Assembly: GCA_038496445.1 (NCBI GenBank) | Contig: JALMLS010000250.1 | Span: forward strand, 1-64,000 | Origin: Trichosphaerium sp. ATCC 40318 | Taxonomy: Eukaryota; Protista; Tubulinea | Reading direction: 5' to 3' | DNA: 64,000 nt | Position numbers and translations under genes: made by a program | Part shown: positions 1-12,032 of the stretch, one piece after another | How positions within the stretch are numbered: position 1 is the stretch's first letter | How the letters are laid out: each line of letters begins with the position of its first letter | Notes under the pieces: model-generated | What the model was told of the DNA's origin: nothing | The model's database searches: none | Seen by the model: only the letters and a program-made list of their open reading frames with translations

Positions 1-697
1 AACTTTCTTTATTCTTCCGGGTTAACTTAACGACTCAAGTTACATTAATTGCCAACGTGTTACCCAGGGAAACAATGTCTTACCGTGTAGCAAAACACAG
101 TGCTTGGAGTAAACTAAAAGAAACTAAGACCAATAAAACGCTATGGAAACAAATACGACGATCACAACACTTTATATTTCAAGCATACCGTATGCCAGTG
201 AACTGGCTTACAAAGAGTACGACATTTATTCATTTTAACGACTCTAAATGGTAAAACGTAGATCCTTACTTTCGCATCTTACTATGCGATGGCTCTAACG
301 TATATGAAGTGGGTGTAGCATCATATGAGCGCGTTGCAAAACGTATGTTTGAGCGGTTAATAGAGGTAAGACGTGTTTTTTTAAAGTGGTTTCAACAAAC
401 TGAACTCTGCGTTCTCAAGTGTGTGCTCACTACGGTTAGGTTGTAGAACCTATTCTAGCAAAGAGAGAACGTGCCAGTGCGTTCTTTATTATGAAAAAAT
501 TGTTATCTGTTCGTGATTATCACGTGATACGAGGTGAGATGACTTTTACTCATGAGATTCCTTCATTTTTACTACTTTTTGTTTAAAACGTAACAATGTT
601 TATAGACGCTAGCATATGTTCCGGTGACGAGATGGAAGGCATACAAGATCTCCATGATGGCCCTTCTGTCGGCAGAAAGCATCATGCAGCACTTTAG
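1..697 (+). CDS. 3' part of a spliced hypothetical protein (5' end outside window)
   Basis: Open exons (...LWKQIRRSQHFIFQAY / PYFRILLCDGSNVYEVGVASYERVAKRMFERLIE / ...GRKHHAAL*) separated by GT-AG introns; no family recognised. Confidence 0.5.
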
Positions 698-892
698 ACC
701 GAGATAATCAAAAAAAAATCATAACTGTACATAAGGCCAAAAAAATACCCAAAAAACACCAGTTTGGCCGAACAACAATATTTGTAGATAACGCACGCCT
801 GTAATCAAACTACCACCTCTATCTAGTGTAAATAAACTTCTTTTATGTGTTACTACCGCCACCCTTATCCAATTTTTTCGCCCAGAGAGTTA

Positions 893-2078
893 GTTTGTGC
901 AACTTTAGTGCTATGAGTACTTTTTTTGGTCACACAGAGTATTCTGGACTTGAAAGAAATCTCAACAGGTACAATACGCCACGGACATGAACTGCTACGA
1001 ATGGTAGATGGCTGCTCCCGTATTTATGGTCGTTTCAGCTAACCCCCGTTTTTTTTGTTGGGTTTACTTATTCTGACTTGAACCCTAATTTTCTCGTAAA
1101 AATTGGGCGAAGAGTTCTGTAGCGTACGTGACAATGCAAATCCATTAAAAGAAGTCACACGTGGAGAAAATACGTGAATTCAGTGAAATATAGTGGTTGT
1201 AGGTAAACGGCTTATTTAACCGGCTTAGTCATTTGGCTGTTACGAAAAAAATAAATGACTTAATTGACTTAAATCGTTTCCGTTCTAAATACCAATTTCA
1301 ATGGCTGAACCACCAAGTAGCGGAACCAAAAAACGTCTACTAACAAGAACTGCTGATGTTTTTGTTTATTGATGATAGACTCGCCTGATAAGGTTTTTTG
1401 TGCCTATTGTCAAGCACCATTCAGTCGCAACTCCAGACTGATACACTTCGCAAGCATTTACAAGTTTGTAAATTGTGCTTAAACGATGGAACAAAAGCCC
1501 AGCTGAAACAACTATCGCTCACCTCAATGGGATTCAAAGCAAACCCTACGCTATTGCATGAAGATCAAGTGTGCTTAGACAATTTGTTACTGAGATGGGT
1601 TCTACAAAGATCAATGGCAAGTAACATGTTGCTTCCGCTCTTGATCCTCGGATTCTTTTTTTTTTTTGAAAACTTTTATTTTCTTTTTTCTTAGATTGCC
1701 AAAGAACTGAAGCAATACAGACGGATGCACTTGCCCTAAACCAGTGTGCATTAACATGGTGTAGTGGCAACCGTTCTTACTTCTCCTTCAGTTTGGCTAG
1801 AGTGTACTTAGGAATACCAGGAAGTTTGTGCAACAGTGAGAGTATTTTTTTGGTCACTATTCTGATTGACAAGCAAACGTACTACAGAGTACAAATCTCT
1901 ACGAACTGCAACTACTGAATGCAGTTAATGCTACGTACTTAGACTACATAACCTACGGTTTTTTTTCCAAACACTTATTTTTTGTAACAATTTGGGCGTT
2001 AATTGTTAAAGAGTTCTGTTTGTTTGAAAATCCATTAAAAGAAGTCCGCTTGGAAATACGGGAATTCAGTGAAATATA
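893..2078 (+). mobile_element. Decayed, internally deleted hAT-family DNA transposon remnants (tandem)
   Basis: Frameshifted BED-like zinc finger (KVFCAYCQAPF..TDTLRKHL, ~1390-1465), VASALDPR motif (~1628-1651) and hAT C-terminal dimerization-like segment (CALTWCSGNRSYF.SLARVYLGIPGSLCNSESIF, ~1745-1850). Segments ~893-1191 and ~1823-2078 are diverged direct copies of each other. Confidence 0.7.
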
Positions 2079-2197
2079 CAAGTTAAGTCGCGTTGAATTG
2101 GGTACATAAAATTCAAAACATAAACAACACCAATGTACTGCAACTCGGCATCCTGCATGCTCAGCATCCTTCGCATGCACAACTAATTTGGCCTTAA

Positions 2198-2460
2198 TGA
2201 CGGCAGTAGCCGCGAATAACAGCCCAGGAGTATACACACACCACGGTAGTAGAGCAACAAAGAAAAAGCACAAAGAAGCTCGCCGCAAGAAGAAGCAACT
2301 GAAGGAAACAAAGACCAAAAAGACTAAAGTCCCTTGGTACAAAAAACTCTTCTCATCAAAGCGCCATGATAAAAGCACAAAGACCCATGATGATAAAGTA
2401 CAAACACAAGAAAAAGTACAAGTCCTTTCCAACAGTAAAAAGGGCCAAGTACTTCACTGA
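2198..2460 (+). CDS. Small intronless Lys-rich basic hypothetical protein
   Basis: 87-aa ORF rich in KKK/RRKKK clusters, followed by an AATAAA-like signal; no homology recognised. Confidence 0.4.
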
Positions 2461-2741
2461 GTACTAACTAAATGCACCTGTAAATAAATACCTTTGAATA
2501 CATCTGTTGCAAAATACTATTGGTTAGAGTTGAAGAGACACTTCAAAAATCGTTCCCAAGTTATACTTGGTCTTTATCACGTGACTTCCCACCTTGTACG
2601 TAGTAAAGTACCATGTACACGTGAGTTGTGGTACCTGGTTAGGGAAGGTAAACGTGCTAACAGCTTCTAAGTTTGTTTGGCTAAGGAGAGCTACCTAAGT
2701 CGAGATAGAAATGTCAACCAACTTTCTTTTCATGATAAATA

Positions 2742-3794
2742 ATGTCTCCTTCACTCACAGTGCTTCTATTCGTATGTATAGCGATTAACGCCTGTTTTTC
2801 TCAAGCGCCAGATACATGTATTGGCACGTGCCTAAATAAATGGTGCGGTAAGCAGGCAAGTTTGCGCTGTATTTCGCCACATCGTACTAACAAACAATAA
2901 GCCACCTTTTGCAGCTTGTTGTCCAATAGCTTACACCGTGGATGCTTCGCTACCTACAGTATTGATAATTGGCGATTCTGTTTCTTTGGGATACTGGCCA
3001 GTAGTAGAGCAAATACTGGACGGAAAAGTATCTTGAACAGGGCGAATATTTTGAAGTAAATATTTCTTTAGGCCAATGTCATTCACAACCCACCACAATT
3101 TGATGGTGGCGCAGCCAATACTGTAAAGGGACTCATATGCATGGATGGTAATCATATAGTATCGAATTATATTAACTATTATCAAAGCATGGATTTATAC
3201 AAAACCTGTTGTATCCATAGATATCATCCATTTCAATTTTGGTCTTCACGATATTAACACACGTGATAACGGGTTTCAATACGTTGAATTACCAAAGTAT
3301 AAAGAAAATCTTGGCAAAATAATACAAACGCTTAAACTCACTAATGCAACACTCATGTGGGCTACGACAACACCAGTCCCTTCGCCTAACACTACAAATG
3401 TACTTTTTGAATATGAAAAGTGAATTAATTGGTAACATGTTTTAGTCTTGTAGTGTACATACAAGTGAGGATTCAGTACTCGAGTACAATATAGGGGCTC
3501 TTGAAGTTATGAAAGAACACAGTATTAACTTTATAGATGATCTACATAAGGTTGTTGATGATGTTTGCCACTCGAACTATACTTCTTGTTCGATACAAAA
3601 TGAAGGTATTTTCTAGTAGTCATTTTTTGTCATCGATTTGACGTGTTTTTAAATTAGGTTGTGTACACTACAATAAGGATGGATACGAACTACTTGGAAA
3701 AGCTGTTGCAAAATCAATAGAAGAGCAACTACTACATGCATATTTCCTTGAGCAGCAGGAAGCAGAATACATTGATTCAAGTTTAATAAAGTAA
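2742..3794 (+). CDS. Secreted SGNH/GDSL hydrolase, paralog 1
   Basis: Signal peptide, Cys-rich N-terminus, IIGDSVSLGY (block I), DIIHFNFGLHD (block III), WATTTPV, GCVHY (block V). Exon structure matches 38502-39513. Confidence 0.85.
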
Positions 3795-3970
3795 AAACTC
3801 GGACAACTCCCTACGGGGGTCTGTCGTTTACTAGCTGTCAAAGTACGGAAATAGTTCTTGGTTTCCGTTCCTTTTGTTGACACTTTATTTAGTTTGTGTA
3901 CAATTTAGCTACTAACTAAATTATGTTTATTTTACAATGGATTTATTTTTATTCTTTTTTTTTTTGTTTT

Positions 3971-4880
3971 TTAGCTAATGTGGTATTTCTCGTATTTATG
4001 TGTTTCATTGACAACCTCCTTTTTTCTTTCTTCTAAGCGTGATACATATTTTGCACGTCCTTTTTGTGTCTTTAATAGACTTATTGCTTTATCTAAACAC
4101 TCCATGGCATTTACTTTACTCTCCGTAAAAGCTTTGAATTTATCCGGATCAGTTTGATATTTATCAGCAAAATGACAATAAATCTCAGCTGTTTTCAAAA
4201 AAAAGAGTTAGTTATTGCCTATCACAACAAAAATACATATTTATCTAACAACGAAATACTACTCTTCGAATAATGTAAAAGATTTTTCGAACGTGGGATT
4301 TACTTACGACTTGGAACAATTACAACGAAAAAGAAAAAAAGAAGAAACAAAAGACAAAAAAGAAAACAAATTACGTTAATAAGTGCTATCTACACCTTAG
4401 CGTACCTTGTACTTTGTATACGTGAAAGTCTTGGTTATTCAACTTTATTGCTTCTTTACAGTATTCCTATTGAGGAATATCAGCACGAGAAGACCAAAAA
4501 AAACCCGCAACGCACGTGTGCTTTATCTAAAAATTTCTCCGATAACAGAGATGAGTGATCGCGACGGAGTAAGCACTATTGGTTCAAGTTATTATTTAAG
4601 TTAAAGAAATTATACGTACTTCCGCCATTAGGAGGTAGTTATTTGAGTCAGGTGCACCTTGATCTACAATATGAGTAATAATTATTTCTGTAATTTCCCA
4701 GTATGAAACAATATAAAATAGCTCAACTTCAGAGCTTGATGTAAGCGAATGACAGAACTCTGATAACTCCTTTAATGGTGCCCAAGCAGTCAAGGGACTT
4801 TCATCAGTCAATAAATTACATAGAGCCTAAAAAAGTATAACGTCAAATCGAGCTTGTGACGAAATTGTATTGACCAGTTG

Positions 4881-4911
<31 letters not shown>

Positions 4912-5930
4912 GAAAAACAGTTTGTGGCGTACACGGAGCATATAGATCAATGTATCATGTGGTGGTTCGTATTTAGATTCATATAACTTCTTAATACCTT
5001 TATGCATAGTCTTTACAATAATGTCTTGACTATCATGACAAGCCTTAGCATCAACAAGTAATGACTTTGCTAAGTCTCTTTCTTTTTTCTAAAGGTCTTT
5101 AAATAAAACTTCCGAAATGACTCTAAACTTCATGGTTTACACCAAATAACGTACTTCAAAACATGATATTGCTGCTTGACACAGTTTTTCCGGATCAGGA
5201 TGATCGACCTAAGAGGTATAAACGAAAAAAAGAACGATCTTCGATTTGAAACAAAAATACGTCAGTTTTCTGTTGAAAATCAAAATGATAAGAAACCAAT
5301 GATGTTTTCGTCATTCTATGGCGTAGAAATTACCTTTGACATGAGTTGTTGCCCGATTCTCGGGTAATCATTTATTAAACTCCAACTTGCCATGTGTAGC
5401 ATCAAAGAAGGCACAATATCTTCCTTTTCGTAGCGTTAGATGCAAGTTTAGCCGTTTTTAGAAGTTAGATCAATTTAACGCGTTACCTTTGTTATAAATC
5501 GCTTTAAAATACTACGAGTTGAACGTTTAGCGCCTAAATTTACTTGTTAGATACAGAAAGCGGCAGTTTTGATCGAGCGGGCATAAAAACGTCCCTTTGA
5601 CATGTAGAATTACTGCTGCGTTGAAGATTTCAGTTGTAGTAGGCGGATCTCTGTTTTTGGCAAAGTTAGAAACACGCTAGTGTGAGAGTTGGGCAAAAAT
5701 CTTACGTGGAGGTTGCCTGTGGCAAGAACATAGCACGGAGCAAGCTACGAGCAGCCCATTTGTCTCCACTACGAATCAACGCGTCACCTGCTGCAGTTAT
5801 TTCATCCTGAGGCATATAAGTGCTTGTACGTTATACAGTTAGCGCGTACTTTCGTAAACGTAGTCTTATCAGACACAACGCCTAGCAAATTATCTTCAAG
5901 GCTTATATCCTCATAACCAACATCGCCCAT
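3971..5930 (-). CDS. Multi-exon hypothetical alpha-helical (TPR-like) protein
   Basis: Chain of helical exons (AGDALIRSGDKWAARSLLRAMF; PEKLCQAAISCFE; AMECLDKAISLLK) joined by GT-AG introns; the start is uncertain and may extend to ~6580. Confidence 0.5.
4884..4911. repeat. Poly(T) homopolymer in an intron
   Basis: About 28 consecutive T. Confidence 0.9.
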
Positions 5931-6163
5931 GGCGTTAGACTGCGCCCTTCTATTAGAATGTCCGTTTTATTGCTTAATTGCGCCAAACCCAGTTTTCAAA
6001 TAAAGGTAGCGTAATACGTACTAAACTGATCATTTCTATTGACTCTGAACGCTTTCGTTGTGGCTCCTCCATCTCTGTCGTACGTGCAGTTGCGAACTCC
6101 AAATAAGCGTCTTTCTATCCAACCAGTACTCGCTACTACGAAGAGGGATTTGTTTTTAGCTTT

Positions 6164-6199
6164 CAGTGGAATTCCACTGCAAAATCGGTCACGTGACCG
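6164..6199. promoter_or_regulatory. Two adjacent perfect palindromes, one an extended E-box (GTCACGTGAC)
   Basis: CAGTGGAATTCCACTG (6164-6179) and CGGTCACGTGACCG (6186-6199), lying between divergent genes. Confidence 0.4.
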
Positions 6200-6806
6200 G
6201 TTAGGTAATTACAATTTATCTCCTTCCTGTGTCTTAAGTTGTCTTTACTTGTAGGCCCAACAGGCTAACAACAAACCATAGAGACGCGGATAGAAAGTGG
6301 CTAGTGATAAGATAGTCGACACAGGATAGCTTGGGTCTAGCGTATCTTTCCACTAGATTGCAAACTACTCATTGCATCAATACGACTGGGGATTCATAGC
6401 AAGTATGTTTTTGAGTACATCAAATGATTGCCAAAACGGTTCATGGATACTGTTTTCGCTTAGAGATTATCCGTCACGTGATTGATAACCGAGCCAGACC
6501 ATCTAACCGGTACATTGTGTATTGATTGAGCTTTGTTGTAATCTTACTCTTTCTCCTAAACTCTAGAAAATCGCACATTTTATGACGTATGCGGAAATCC
6601 TTTTTAGGCATTCCTTTGTATGACATATTTTAGCGTCAAACTGTGGGTGACGATAGTCTAAAGTAAGGGCAATATAATAGAGTAGTTACTCAGTTTCCGA
6701 GGAAGGCACATGAAATTCAGAGATAAACACATGGAGGTTGCGCTTATACAATAAAATACAGACTTAAACTGTCTGTGTTCTTATTGCATTTATTCAAGCA
6801 ATCAAG

Positions 6807-8185
6807 ATGATGAAAGCACTTCATTACGACAAATCTGGAGATATCAGCGTTTTAAAACTTGGTCAAGTACCAAAACAAACAATCAGCGCACCAGATGATG
6901 TTCTAATCAAAGTATACGCGTCTGCTATAAACCCTGTTGATTATAAACGTATGGGTGGCTTAGTTCAAGAAAAGGTCTGGCCGGTAGTATGTGGGTACGT
7001 AAAACAACTGTTTATCACTTTTATCTCTTTTTCTCCGTGTTTATTTTCGTTTCTGTCATTTCGGGCTTACCTTTCTGTAGATATGACGTTGCAGGCACTG
7101 TTGAGGAAGTTGGTAAAGATGTCAAACGATTTAAAGCAGGCGATGCGGTTTATGGAAACGTTCATGTTAACGCGATTGTACCAACGCGTACGTAAACCAT
7201 TATGCTTAAAACGAAGAAAATCTGACTTGTTCTCTAGAACACGGAAGTATGGCTGACTTTGTGGTACGTTCCAATACCTTTAGTTTACACAAATGTTTTC
7301 ATTATGTCAGAAGCTGAAAGACAGTTGATTTATAGCTGTTCTTAACTTTTTGTTCTTCCAGGTCTGTAAGGCATCTGTTCTCGCTAAAAAACCAACTAAA
7401 CTAAGCTGGACTGAAGCTGCTGCTATACCACTTGCTGCTCAGACTGCATACCAAGCTTTCGAGAAGGGCAGCTTAGCGTAAGAGAAACCAACACTTTTTT
7501 TTAATGACAAGATTTTAGCAAGGGGCAGAAAGTTCTCATCACAGCCGGTGCTGGTGGTGTTGGTACGTTTGCTCTGCAAATAGCAAAGAAGATGTTCAAT
7601 GCTGGTACTGTGTACACAACAGGAAGCTCTCCAAAACTAGAGCAATTGAAAGCCTTTGGTGCTGATGAATTGATCAACTATAAAAAAGTGAAATTTGAAG
7701 AGACAGTGTCAGACTTGGATATGGTATTCGATCTCACTCATGAAGCCTCAAAGGCTACTAAAGTAGTACGTAATTATTGAGGATATTTTTAAAAGAGATA
7801 AGATTTGAGTGCTTCTCCTTAACAACTTCAAAAAAGGTCAAACAAGATGGAAAAGTTAGAGTCATTTCTATTGTTGCTTTCGAAAAAGCCGAAGGTGTTA
7901 CTAGTTTTGTCATTCAATCTTCAGGTGCACTTCTTGAAAAGATGAACCCTCTATTTGAGAGCGGAGAGCTTGTAGTGGTACGTATCAAAACAAGGATAAC
8001 ATCTAAAAGTGTTAAAATAATTATTAGAAAATCGACAAAGAATTCGCTTTTGATGATTGCATTGCTGCATGGAAACATGCCATGGAAAACCGCCCTTTCG
8101 GAAAGGTACTGTTTTTTATAATTAGATTCTATTATTTTGAGCTATGTGTCTAATAATGTGTTAGGTTGTTATTAAGCACTTGTAA
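6807..8185 (+). CDS. NADPH:quinone oxidoreductase / enone reductase (MDR superfamily, zinc-independent)
   Basis: DVLIKVYASAINPVDYK, YDVAGTVEEVGKDVKRFKAGDAVYG, AAAIPLAAQTAYQA, VLITAGAGGVGTFALQIAK, GADELINYK. Confidence 0.92.
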
Positions 8186-8459
8186 AGCAATGTTAACATT
8201 TCGAAAAAATCACCACAATAAAAACGTTTGACAACAATACATTATTTTTTATTTCAAAAAAATGCCTATTCTCACATTGCCCAATGTGGTTGGTATGTAG
8301 AATAATATCAGAAAACAAAACAAAAGATAGAACTGTTTGTGTCGATTGGTGCTGAGAATGATTTGCGAATCACATGTAGCCATAAGTCGCCTTCAATGTA
8401 AGGGACTCTACAAGTTCTAGGTGACAAAGCCGCGAGCAAGCAGATAATAAAGAAGTGCT

Positions 8460-9096
8460 TAAATCCAAGCCCATCTAGGTTGAAATACCTAATTTACGTG
8501 AGAAACAGATATGGAGATGTCAATGTCTTTTGATATTACCATATACATGTGTTCTTCTGTCAAACGACTCGCGTACAGCAATCCCTTTCTTCTCTTTTTA
8601 AACTCTCCTTCAGTTATGAATCCAGCAGATAACAAAGAAGATAATGAACGTAATTCTTGTTGAATTTCTTCAGCGTTAGACATCAAGAAAGGACTTGCTC
8701 TAGAAAACAAAATCACTAAAAAAAGAGCTTTGTACGTTGATGGACATACGAAGATAAGGGAAGTGTAGCAGATGCTTGATGTGTATGATGTGTGACGTGG
8801 GTGTTTTGTATAACGTTTATTGGTTGAAAATTTACGCTGTTGTTGAATGATGGCGTTGACGCGTCAACATTATTTATAGCTTGCATTTTTCGCGGTGCGC
8901 GGCTTCCAGAAGTACGATTTACTCTACTTAGACCCCTGGCAGGGTTATTTCGTTGTGTGTTCTCCATTGACTGCATTTTCCTTGTAGACCTGCTTTTTGA
9001 GCTCTTGTTTTTTAATTTAGACATACTAGACTGTTGTAGCGGCTTAGACGGCGCCAAGCCTGCCTTGGATCTTCGCTTCTCCATGAGTTGCGGCAA
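8460..9096 (-). CDS. Hypothetical protein, basic disordered N-terminus plus SHOCT-like domain
   Basis: EEIQQELRSLSSLLSAGFITEGEFKKRRKGLL fits the SHOCT pattern (L..L..L...G.IT..EF...K..LL); both ends uncertain. Confidence 0.5.
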
Positions 9097-9351
9097 AGAC
9101 TATGTGTTGTTCAAAGAACACGGTATAACCGTTTTAGGCTAGCAACACTGTTGCTTGCCAAAAACAATGTACACTTTTTCGAAAACATGCGCGCATGGTG
9201 ACTATGTTGGTCTTGTGACGTGGTGTTGCTTATGATAAGACCGTAATAGCTTAAGTATGAACTTCTTCTATATTTTATTTGATTGTACATACCAAGGATT
9301 TCATAAAACAAAGAAAATAAGTTTATAACATGTCATTGAATGCCTCTATTT

Positions 9352-10849
9352 TTAATCCTTGGCTGTGATAATAAATATAGGCCACTCAACGTTAACAAGA
9401 GCTTCGAGTCCCATGATACTCGTCAATCTTAAATAGACTGTTAATAAAGGAAACTGACATAAAAAAAAGAAAAAGAAATTTCGATATTTTTTTTGGATTC
9501 TCGAATTGTCCATTTGAGAGGTAACATAAGGCACTCACTTTTCTTCCAAGGTAGCAATAGGATCACGTTTATCTGGTTGTTTCTCTTTCATTGTCTTTAT
9601 GACAGAAAATGTACCAACATATCCAATGAAGTCTCTGACTTTCATTCTGTACTTCATTGTAGTATCACTACGCTCTACTGTCTTAAAGTCTGGTTTAATA
9701 TCAGCGTATTGGTTATGAATATGTTCTCTAGCAGGTGCCCAATGCTCTCGTGTGGTGTCATAGAACTATATCAGAGTAAGCACAGAAACACGAAGAATAG
9801 AAAGCCAATAAAAGAACTAATAACCACATTCATGTCTTGCTCAAGTTACTCATAGATTTTTACGCAAGAACAATACAGTTTCATGGTTAAATATGAAGTT
9901 GTGTACACGTGGGGTATTTGAGTTATAACAGAGAAAGATAAATGGCATGATTTAAATACCTCTGAGAAGATACGTTGACCGTCCTTGTCATCTAGTTTTG
10001 GTGTACCATACGCCCATAAGGCTAATTGACCACCAGGAGCTAAATAAACCAGTCAATATATCAACACATCTCTTTAATCAAAAAATTACATCATTTATGC
10101 TTGTATAGCCACAATAATGTACTGTACGTACCTAAGACACGTTTGGCTTCCTTCCAGAAAGCTTCTTGCTCAAACCTAAGGTGTTTCTCAGTATGTACTA
10201 GCTAGAAAAAAATGAAACAGCAAAATGTACTCCAAGTGGCATTACAAAGTAAGACAAAACGCATAAATACGCACCAGTGTACAGCGTTTGCAGCAGTGAC
10301 CATGTTAGCGCTTGCATCGGCCACTTTTAAATTCTTACAATCACCAAGCATGAATTGACAGTTATCTACATTGTGTTGGATTGTATATTAAGCAAGCAAA
10401 CCGGTTTGTTGTATTTGGGCGGTTTTTTAAAAAGCTTTTCGTGCTGTGACTTCACCACACAATAATGGTGTACCTGGTGGTTCTAGTATTGCTTCAAGCA
10501 TGTGTTTTCGTGGTTCGACACCAACGACCTAGTTTTTGAATGGTTATAATGTTGTAACTGTACGGGGTGCGATAATTTATGTTCTACTGTGCGATGAGAG
10601 CATTTTTAGCGAACCTTGTTGAAGTATGGGCTCAATCCTTTTGAGGCCATTCCTGGGCCACAGCCAGCGTCGACAACCATTTTTCTCTTGTCTAGCCTTG
10701 TGTCAGAATTTTCGCGTTTACAACATGCACGTACTGTCCGGTAACTTCGCAACTACTCGTTCATACACTTTTTTAGGGAACGCTGGACGAAAAGCTTTGT
10801 AAGGCGAATCGCCAAAGCGATCCTTGAACCTGCTAGTCCTCTTTGCCAT
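9352..10849 (-). CDS. Class I SAM-dependent methyltransferase (Methyltransf_11-like)
   Basis: YKAFRPAFP, VVDAGCGPG (motif I), VVGVEP, VTAANAVHWF, EAKRVLAPGGQLALWAY; spliced. Confidence 0.9.
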
Positions 10850-11132
10850 AGTTACTACTCTCATGGTGATTGTATGAGGGTTAACGCTAATTCAACTTTT
10901 AGAACTTAGTGGTTGACTTAATTCCATTTCTCGCTAGGCGTCACCAATGGCAGTATGTTAATGTATTATCCCAATGCATATGTGATCCTCACAACACAAG
11001 TTGAGGCAATTTACGGCCAGAACAATCGAGAAAATTAGAGTGTTTTCAAATAAAAGTTTTTCTATTTTACAATTACATTATGTACAATGTTGTCTGAACG
11101 GGTTGCTAAGTTATAGCAGTTTCACAACAGCG

Positions 11133-12032
11133 CTATGCTCTTTCATCTGCTTTTTTGAAATGAGCTAGCAGGTTACCAAAACTCTCTTGAAATTTGGGTA
11201 TTGCATCTTCGCTTAGAGGCTTATTCCACACTCGTCTTTTCTTTAATGGCGGCTCTGATATTACTATAGCACTGACAGGTCGTTTGCGAAACCTATGATA
11301 TGCCATTGCTGTATTTGGCGCGCTTGGGAGTGATGTGGTGGTTGTTTTTTGTTGTGTTATTGGCACTTGTTTGTTTGGCGTTTTAGGCATCAATTTCTGT
11401 AGTAGCGAGGCGTAGCTGTATTTTAGAAATACAGTTTTCTTGTTTTTGTCTTCCATTACACTTTGTTGTAGCCTCCCAGATTTATTTAAAGTACCTGATA
11501 CAGTTGTAAGAACGCACAGCTTAGTTTGATCCAATTTACAAAAAATAAAATAACGTGCCTGTGCCAGAGAAACCTTGTGTGTCCGTTGTACTAACCTTGA
11601 TATGACCAGTCTGAGCATAGAAGTTAATACAAAATAACGTAACTAGTAAGTTAAAATGTACCCTACGTTTCCTACGGTGTTTAGAAGAGTACCGTGTCGT
11701 GTCCGCAGTCATTTTCTTAGTGCTAGGACCGGATGGTGGTGTGATTGAAATAAATGTTTTGACGCGTGCGCTAGTTTCTTCTTCTACGACCTGTATAAGT
11801 TGTTAAGAATCGTTAGGGCATTTTTACAGTTGCGTACGTGTGCAGCAATAGCGTTTGCGTTGTAAGGCATATATTTCGATGGTACAGGCTTTCTGACACC
11901 GCCACTGCTGTTTTTTACCCGACTTTTAGACATTTGTGCCAGTTGTAGCTGTGTTGAATATTGGAATGGCTTTTTCTCTTTAGTTCCGTGCACTACGCTC
12001 CAATCTCTTGTTCCGGATATACCAAACTGCAT
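11133..12032 (-). CDS. Hypothetical basic protein with NLS-like motif
   Basis: Two ORFs (82 and 161 aa) separated by intron-like sequence; PPLKKRR motif. Confidence 0.4.

Noticed and set aside
1953-2432. 159-aa hydrophobic minus-strand ORF
   Set aside because: Antisense shadow of the Lys-rich plus-strand ORF and the transposon tail.
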